DNA from: Gammaproteobacteria bacterium
GTDB taxonomy: Bacteria > Pseudomonadota > Gammaproteobacteria > Eutrophobiales > Eutrophobiaceae
Assembly: GCA_965202685.1 (NCBI GenBank)
Contig: OZ241853.1
Coordinates: forward strand, 133,333-197,332
Length of the DNA: 64,000 nt
Direction of reading: 5' to 3'
This document shows, in pieces, positions 59,961 through 64,000 of this stretch (position 1 is the first letter of the stretch; each line of letters begins with the position of its first letter). The notes below the pieces were generated by a model that did not search any database, was not told where the DNA came from, and was given only the letters and a program-made list of their open reading frames with translations. Made by a program: the position numbers and the translations under genes.

Positions 59961-61967
59961 ATGGCGGCAATTACAAATCGCATTGGAGAACGGATCCGGT
60001 TCCATCGCTTAGCGTTGATTGCATGGTGCCTGTTTCTGATAGCGGGCCTCGCCATCGTCGATGACTACGGAGTCTCGCCGGATGCGGGAAACCAGCATCT
60101 TGTCGCCGTCAACACCCTCAACTACATCCTGCATTACGACCCAGGCCAGTTGCGAGTGGTCTCTGACCGCTTCTACGGCGCCGCCTTCGAGTTGCCCCTG
60201 TTCCTATTGACGGAACGGGTCCTGGGGCTGGAAGACCCGCGCCATGTCTATCTGACCCGCCATGTCCTGACGCACCTGTTGTTTCTAATCAGCGGGTTCT
60301 GTTGCTATCTGTTGGCGTGGCGCTTGTCCGGCGACCGACTGGTCGCGCTGTTGGTCATGTTGCTGTTTCTCCTGTCCCCGCGTCTTTACGCCCATTCCTT
60401 TTTCAACAGCAAGGATGCGGTGTTCGCCAGCGCCTTCGTGATGGCCTTGCTCTTTGCGAGCTGCGCCTTTGACAGGGACTCGGTGGGGTCCTATCGGTGG
60501 TGCGGCGCGGCGGCGGGGCTTCTCATCCACCTGCGCATCATGGGCGTGGCGCTGTTTGCTCTCGTGTTGGTCTTTCGGGCCTGGGCCTGGTTTCGGGCCG
60601 AGGGCGCGGCGCAACGGCGGGTTGTAGTGACCACTGGGGTCTTTGCCCTGTGGGGGGGCGTTGTCTTGTTCATCAGCCTGCCCTACCTCTGGGGCGACCC
60701 CATAGGGCGTCTTTCAGAATATTGGGCGGCGTTGGCGGACCATCCTGCTGTCCACTCCCGCGAATTGTTCCGGGGCCGGACCTTTTCCAGCGCGGCGTTG
60801 CCTTGGGATTATATGTTGCACTGGTTCGCCATCAGCCAGCCGCCGGTGACCTTGTTGTTGGGGCTGTTGGGCCTAGTGGCCCTGGGCCTTGCCGCTGGGG
60901 GTGTCGTCAGACGCAGCGCGGGCGCCGGGCCGGGGCGCGGTTTGGGCGCCGCCGAGTTGCGCCTCGGCATCCTGCTTGCAATCTGCTTTGTGTTGCCCAT
61001 GGTCGCCTTTGTTCTGTTGCGGCCCAACACCATCAATGGCTGGCGACATTTTTATTTCCTGCACGGGCCTTTTTGCCTGCTGGCGACTTTCGCCCTGGCG
61101 TGGTTGCGCCAGCTGGCGGCGCGGGGGGTGCGAAAAGGATGGGTTGGCGGCGCGGCTTGCGTGCTGACGGCGGCGGGGCTAGGCGTCGCGGCCCTTGAAA
61201 TGGCGCAAATCCACCCCCACCAATATCTCTATTTTAATTTCTTGGCGGACCGGAAGACCCCGGAAGGGTTGCGCGAGCGCTACGAGACGGATTACTGGAA
61301 CATGATGTTGCGGCAAGGGTATGAACACATCCTGCGGCAAGCGCCGCCTGCTTCCACCATTAACATGAGGCCGCGAGAGGTTCATTCGCGGGCGGACATT
61401 AACCGCAATGTGCAGATTCTCCCGGCGGCGGCCCGCAAACGGTTCACCTATGACCGCAGTCGCGACCTGGATTTCCACTTAAATGGAAGAGGACACACGG
61501 CCCGGAGCGGCCTGCCCAAAGATCCTTTCCCCCCCGCGCTCCACCAGATCAAGGTCTATAACAACACCATTATGACCGTATCCACACCGGACCTGTCCTG
61601 GGTTGACCTGGCGGTGGCGGATGAGTATCGGGCTTTGCATCGGGCGGCGACGGCGGGGGAACCGGCGGCTCGCGGGGGTGGCTTCGATGCGCACCTGCAT
61701 GGCGACCGGCTGGCGTGGGTGAAGGAGGCTTGCGAGCCTGGGGCGTTGATGCGCGAGTTCTTGCTCAGGCTTTACCCGGCGGACCCGCGGCGTTTGCCAG
61801 AATTTCGCCGGCGCTGGGGCTATTTCGAACTCAGTGCCCGCGGGGTGCGGTTTGACGGCAAGTGTCTGGGGGCGAGACGACTGCCGGACTTCGCCCTGGC
61901 CCGGATTCGCCTGGGGCAACAGGGGCCTGACGGGGGGGTGCTGTGGGAAACCGACATCCCGTTTTAG
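59961..61967 (+). CDS. array paralogue 15 (668 aa)
   Basis: MAAITNRIGERIRFHR... Confidence 0.75.
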   Translation: MAAITNRIGERIRFHRLALIAWCLFLIAGLAIVDDYGVSPDAGNQHLVAVNTLNYILHYDPGQLRVVSDRFYGAAFELPLFLLTERVLGLEDPRHVYLTRHVLTHLLFLISGFCCYLLAWRLSGDRLVALLVMLLFLLSPRLYAHSFFNSKDAVFASAFVMALLFASCAFDRDSVGSYRWCGAAAGLLIHLRIMGVALFALVLVFRAWAWFRAEGAAQRRVVVTTGVFALWGGVVLFISLPYLWGDPIGRLSEYWAALADHPAVHSRELFRGRTFSSAALPWDYMLHWFAISQPPVTLLLGLLGLVALGLAAGGVVRRSAGAGPGRGLGAAELRLGILLAICFVLPMVAFVLLRPNTINGWRHFYFLHGPFCLLATFALAWLRQLAARGVRKGWVGGAACVLTAAGLGVAALEMAQIHPHQYLYFNFLADRKTPEGLRERYETDYWNMMLRQGYEHILRQAPPASTINMRPREVHSRADINRNVQILPAAARKRFTYDRSRDLDFHLNGRGHTARSGLPKDPFPPALHQIKVYNNTIMTVSTPDLSWVDLAVADEYRALHRAATAGEPAARGGGFDAHLHGDRLAWVKEACEPGALMREFLLRLYPADPRRLPEFRRRWGYFELSARGVRFDGKCLGARRLPDFALARIRLGQQGPDGGVLWETDIPF

Positions 61968-62087
61968 CTTGTTAGTTTTCCGCCATGCGTCCTGGCGTTT
62001 CCTCGCTCAGCCAGTCATGTATGTGACATACACTCCCGCCCTCGCTCCTCACGCCAGTTGCCTGACGAAAAACTTCCGTCGCTAAAA
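61962..62087 (+). repeat. R unit; R2 hybrid and fragments follow to about 62260
   Basis: ttttagcttgttagttttccgccatgcgtcctggcgtttcctcgctcagccagtcatgtatgtgacatacactcccgccc...gctaaaa. Confidence 0.7.
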
Positions 62088-62308
62088 CACACTTGCAGGC
62101 GCCGTTATCCTGCCTGGCGCTTCCGCGTTCAGTCAGTCATGTGCCATTACGCACACTCCTTCCTTCACTTGTCGCGCCAGTTGTCTAACGAAAAATTTCC
62201 GTCGCTAAAACAGTGGTCAATGCGCCAAGTTGCCTGACGAAAAATTTCCGTCGCTAAAATGGTTGCGGGTAACGGAAAGCTAACAAGTTAAAAGGGTAAT
62301 ATGGCGGC

Positions 62309-64000
62309 ATGTCTGCAATAACCAATCGCATTGGAGAATGGGCTCGATTCCATCGCTTAGCGTTGATTGCATGCGCCCTGTTCCTCCTCACGGGCCTCGC
62401 CATCGTCGATGACTATGGCGTTTCGATGGACACAGGCCCTCAACGGGACATCGCCATCAACACCGTCAACTATGTCCTGCATGACGACCAGAGCCTGTTG
62501 CAATCAGACTTTATAGACCGCTTCTACGGCATCGCCTTCGAGGCGCCCCTGTTCCTGTTGACGGAACGGGTACTGGGGCTGGAAGACCCGCGCCATGTCT
62601 ATCTGACCCGCCATGTCCTGACGCACCTGTTGTTTCTAATCGGCGGGTTCTGTTGCTACCTGTTGGCGCGGCGCTTGTCCGGCGACCGGCTAGTCGCGCT
62701 GTTGGTCATGTTGCTGTTTCTCCTATCCCCGCGTCTTTACACCCATTCCTTCTTCAACAGCAAGGATGCGGTGTTCGCCAGCGCCTTCGTCATGGCCTTG
62801 CTGTTTGTGAGCCGCGCCTTTGACAAGGACTCGTTGGGGGCCTATCGCTGGTGCGGGGCGGCAGCGGGACTTCTCATTAACCTGCGCATCATGGGCGTGG
62901 TTCTGTTTGCCATCGTGTTGGTCTTTCGGGCCTGGGCCTGGTTCCGGGCCGAGGGGGACGCGGCGCGGCGGCAGGTGGCGGCGACCGCTGGGGTCTTTGC
63001 CCTGTGGGGGGGCGTTGTCTTGTTCGTCAGCCTGCCCTACCTCTGGGAAGACCCCGTAGGGCGTCTTTCAGAATATCGGATATTTTCGGCCGATCATCTT
63101 GCCACTCCTTCCCGTGAATTGTTCCGGGGTCAGGCGTTTTCCAGCGCGGCGTTGCCTTGGGACTATGTGTTGCGCTGGTTCGCCATCAGCCAGCCGCCGG
63201 TGACCTTGTTGTTGGGTCTGTTGGGCTTGGGGGCCTTGGGCTTTGCCGTTAGGGGCGTTGTCAGACGCGGCGCGGGCGCTGGGCCGGGCGCGGCATGGGG
63301 GGTTGCCGAGTTGCGCTTTGGCGTCTTGCTCGCAACCTGCTTCGCGTTGCCCCTGGTTGCCTTTGCGCTGTTGCGGCCTAACACCCTCTATGGCTGGCGG
63401 CATTTTTATTTCCTGCACGGGCCTTTTTGCCTGCTGGCGACCTTCGCCCTGATGGGGTTGCGCCAGCTGTCGGTTCGGGGGGCGCGAAAAGGGTGGGTCG
63501 GCGGCGCGGCTTGCGCACTGACAGCGGCGGGACTGTGCGTCGTGGTTATCCAGATGGCGCAGATCCATCCTAACCAATATCTCTATTTCAACTTTTTTGT
63601 GGACCGGAAGACCCCGGAACGACTAAGCGAACGCTACAAGATGGATTACTGGAACATGATGTTGCGGCAAGGGTATGAACACATCCTGCGGCACGGGCCC
63701 GCTTCCACCATTAACATGAGGCCGCGAGGGTGGGGGTCATCGACGCAACGGATCAACCGCAATGTGCAGATTCTCCCGGCGGCGGCCCGCAACCGGTTCA
63801 CCCATGATCCGAAACGCGACCCGGATTTCTACTTGGAAACCACCGCCATAAATCTGCCGCCGGAGGCGCCTAAAGTGTTTTTCCCTCCCGTTCTCCACCG
63901 GTTCAAGGTCTATAACAACACGATGTTGACCGTATCTACTCCGGATCTGTCCCGGGTTGACCCGGCGGTGGCGGATGAGTATCGGTCTTTGCATCGAGCG
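62309..64000 (+). CDS. array paralogue 16 (partial; runs off window end with no stop)
   Basis: MSAITNRIGEWARFHR... from ATG 62309 (the first ATG at 62301 hits TAA after 6 codons). The frame is still open at 64000. Confidence 0.7.
   Translation, partial: MSAITNRIGEWARFHRLALIACALFLLTGLAIVDDYGVSMDTGPQRDIAINTVNYVLHDDQSLLQSDFIDRFYGIAFEAPLFLLTERVLGLEDPRHVYLTRHVLTHLLFLIGGFCCYLLARRLSGDRLVALLVMLLFLLSPRLYTHSFFNSKDAVFASAFVMALLFVSRAFDKDSLGAYRWCGAAAGLLINLRIMGVVLFAIVLVFRAWAWFRAEGDAARRQVAATAGVFALWGGVVLFVSLPYLWEDPVGRLSEYRIFSADHLATPSRELFRGQAFSSAALPWDYVLRWFAISQPPVTLLLGLLGLGALGFAVRGVVRRGAGAGPGAAWGVAELRFGVLLATCFALPLVAFALLRPNTLYGWRHFYFLHGPFCLLATFALMGLRQLSVRGARKGWVGGAACALTAAGLCVVVIQMAQIHPNQYLYFNFFVDRKTPERLSERYKMDYWNMMLRQGYEHILRHGPASTINMRPRGWGSSTQRINRNVQILPAAARNRFTHDPKRDPDFYLETTAINLPPEAPKVFFPPVLHRFKVYNNTMLTVSTPDLSRVDPAVADEYRSLHRA

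Larger units (their letters stand above)
27231..64000 (+). other. tandem array of >=16 paralogous GT-C-like membrane-protein genes with interspersed PAL and R repeats (continues beyond window)
   Basis: Sixteen same-strand ~2-kb paralogues at 27532, 29515, 31820, 34327, 36708, 38829, 41320, 43695, 45705, 48137, 50296, 52986, 55164, 57550, 59961 and 62309. Spacers of 9-685 bp are built from two repeat families. Confidence 0.9.

Noticed and set aside
27580-63577. Dozens of 60-360-aa minus-strand and alternate-frame ORFs inside the array (for example MNKTRPPHRAK..., MRQDMAGQIDMARVFQPQDPF..., MVGMDLRHLQRRR...)
   Set aside because: They recur simply because the sense gene is repeated. The translations are low-complexity (P/R/G/Q-rich), have no start context, and overlap the well-supported + strand membrane-protein frame.
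27231-64000. Possibility that the regular repeat/spacer pattern is a CRISPR array
   Set aside because: The units are about 2 kb protein-coding genes separated by 120-bp repeats. That is the wrong scale, there are no short unique spacers, and there are no cas genes.
27231-64000. IS element or transposon explanation for PAL and R repeats
   Set aside because: No transposase or integrase ORF exists anywhere in the array. PAL has TIRs but no coding capacity, so it is MITE-like at most. R is always anchored on a gene stop codon and behaves like part of the duplication unit.

Overview
The window is GC-rich proteobacterial DNA, probably from a gammaproteobacterium (it carries parE, xseB-ispA and an Lpp-like gene). 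All functional calls come from reading motifs in the ORF-track translations; no database search was run.

Positions 1-27,170 are ordinary housekeeping and catabolic genes: parE (partial); a DUF3501 / CCG-type Fe-S / rubrerythrin trio; xseB-ispA; folE2; an HNH endonuclease; an Lpp-like lipoprotein with a clean terminator; an L,D-transpeptidase; moaB; a nitroreductase; an FAH-family hydrolase; a large double-[4Fe-4S] RdhA-like protein; an HCCA-isomerase-like DsbA protein; a DUF1329/DUF1302/RND/BNR four-gene cluster; a lower meta-cleavage operon segment (HMS dehydrogenase, 4-oxalocrotonate decarboxylase, acetaldehyde dehydrogenase, HOA aldolase, OE hydratase); and a GST.

From about 27,230 to the end of the window (at least 36.8 kb, continuing past 64,000) the content changes completely. 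There are at least 16 head-to-tail, same-strand paralogues of a gene of about 2 kb. Each encodes a ~660-aa polytopic membrane protein with a GT-C-like architecture: TM1, then a DDYG loop, about 12 hydrophobic helices, and a C-terminal domain of roughly 220 aa.

- The copies are clearly mosaic. Kilobase blocks are shared between otherwise different copies, which points to gene conversion.
- Most copies carry a TATAAT 6 nt upstream of the ATG.
- Two families of short non-coding repeats sit between the copies: a ~112-130 bp imperfect palindrome with 22-25 bp terminal inverted repeats (PAL, MITE/ERIC/Correia-like), and a ~125 bp R unit that starts at each gene's stop codon (TTTTAGC...GCTAAAA).
- The array shows contingency-locus hallmarks. 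There are G tracts of 22 and 13 nt, and the 22-nt tract frameshifts copy 11. A 7-bp TTTTAGC microsatellite at the stop codons varies from 1 to 3 copies. Two copies have had their 5' ends replaced at the identical nucleotide. Two junctions are collapsed so that a stop codon sits inside the next -10 box. One copy has an in-frame 27-bp duplication.

This tandem, internally recombining membrane-protein array is the most notable item in the window. Its exact length needs long-read verification.
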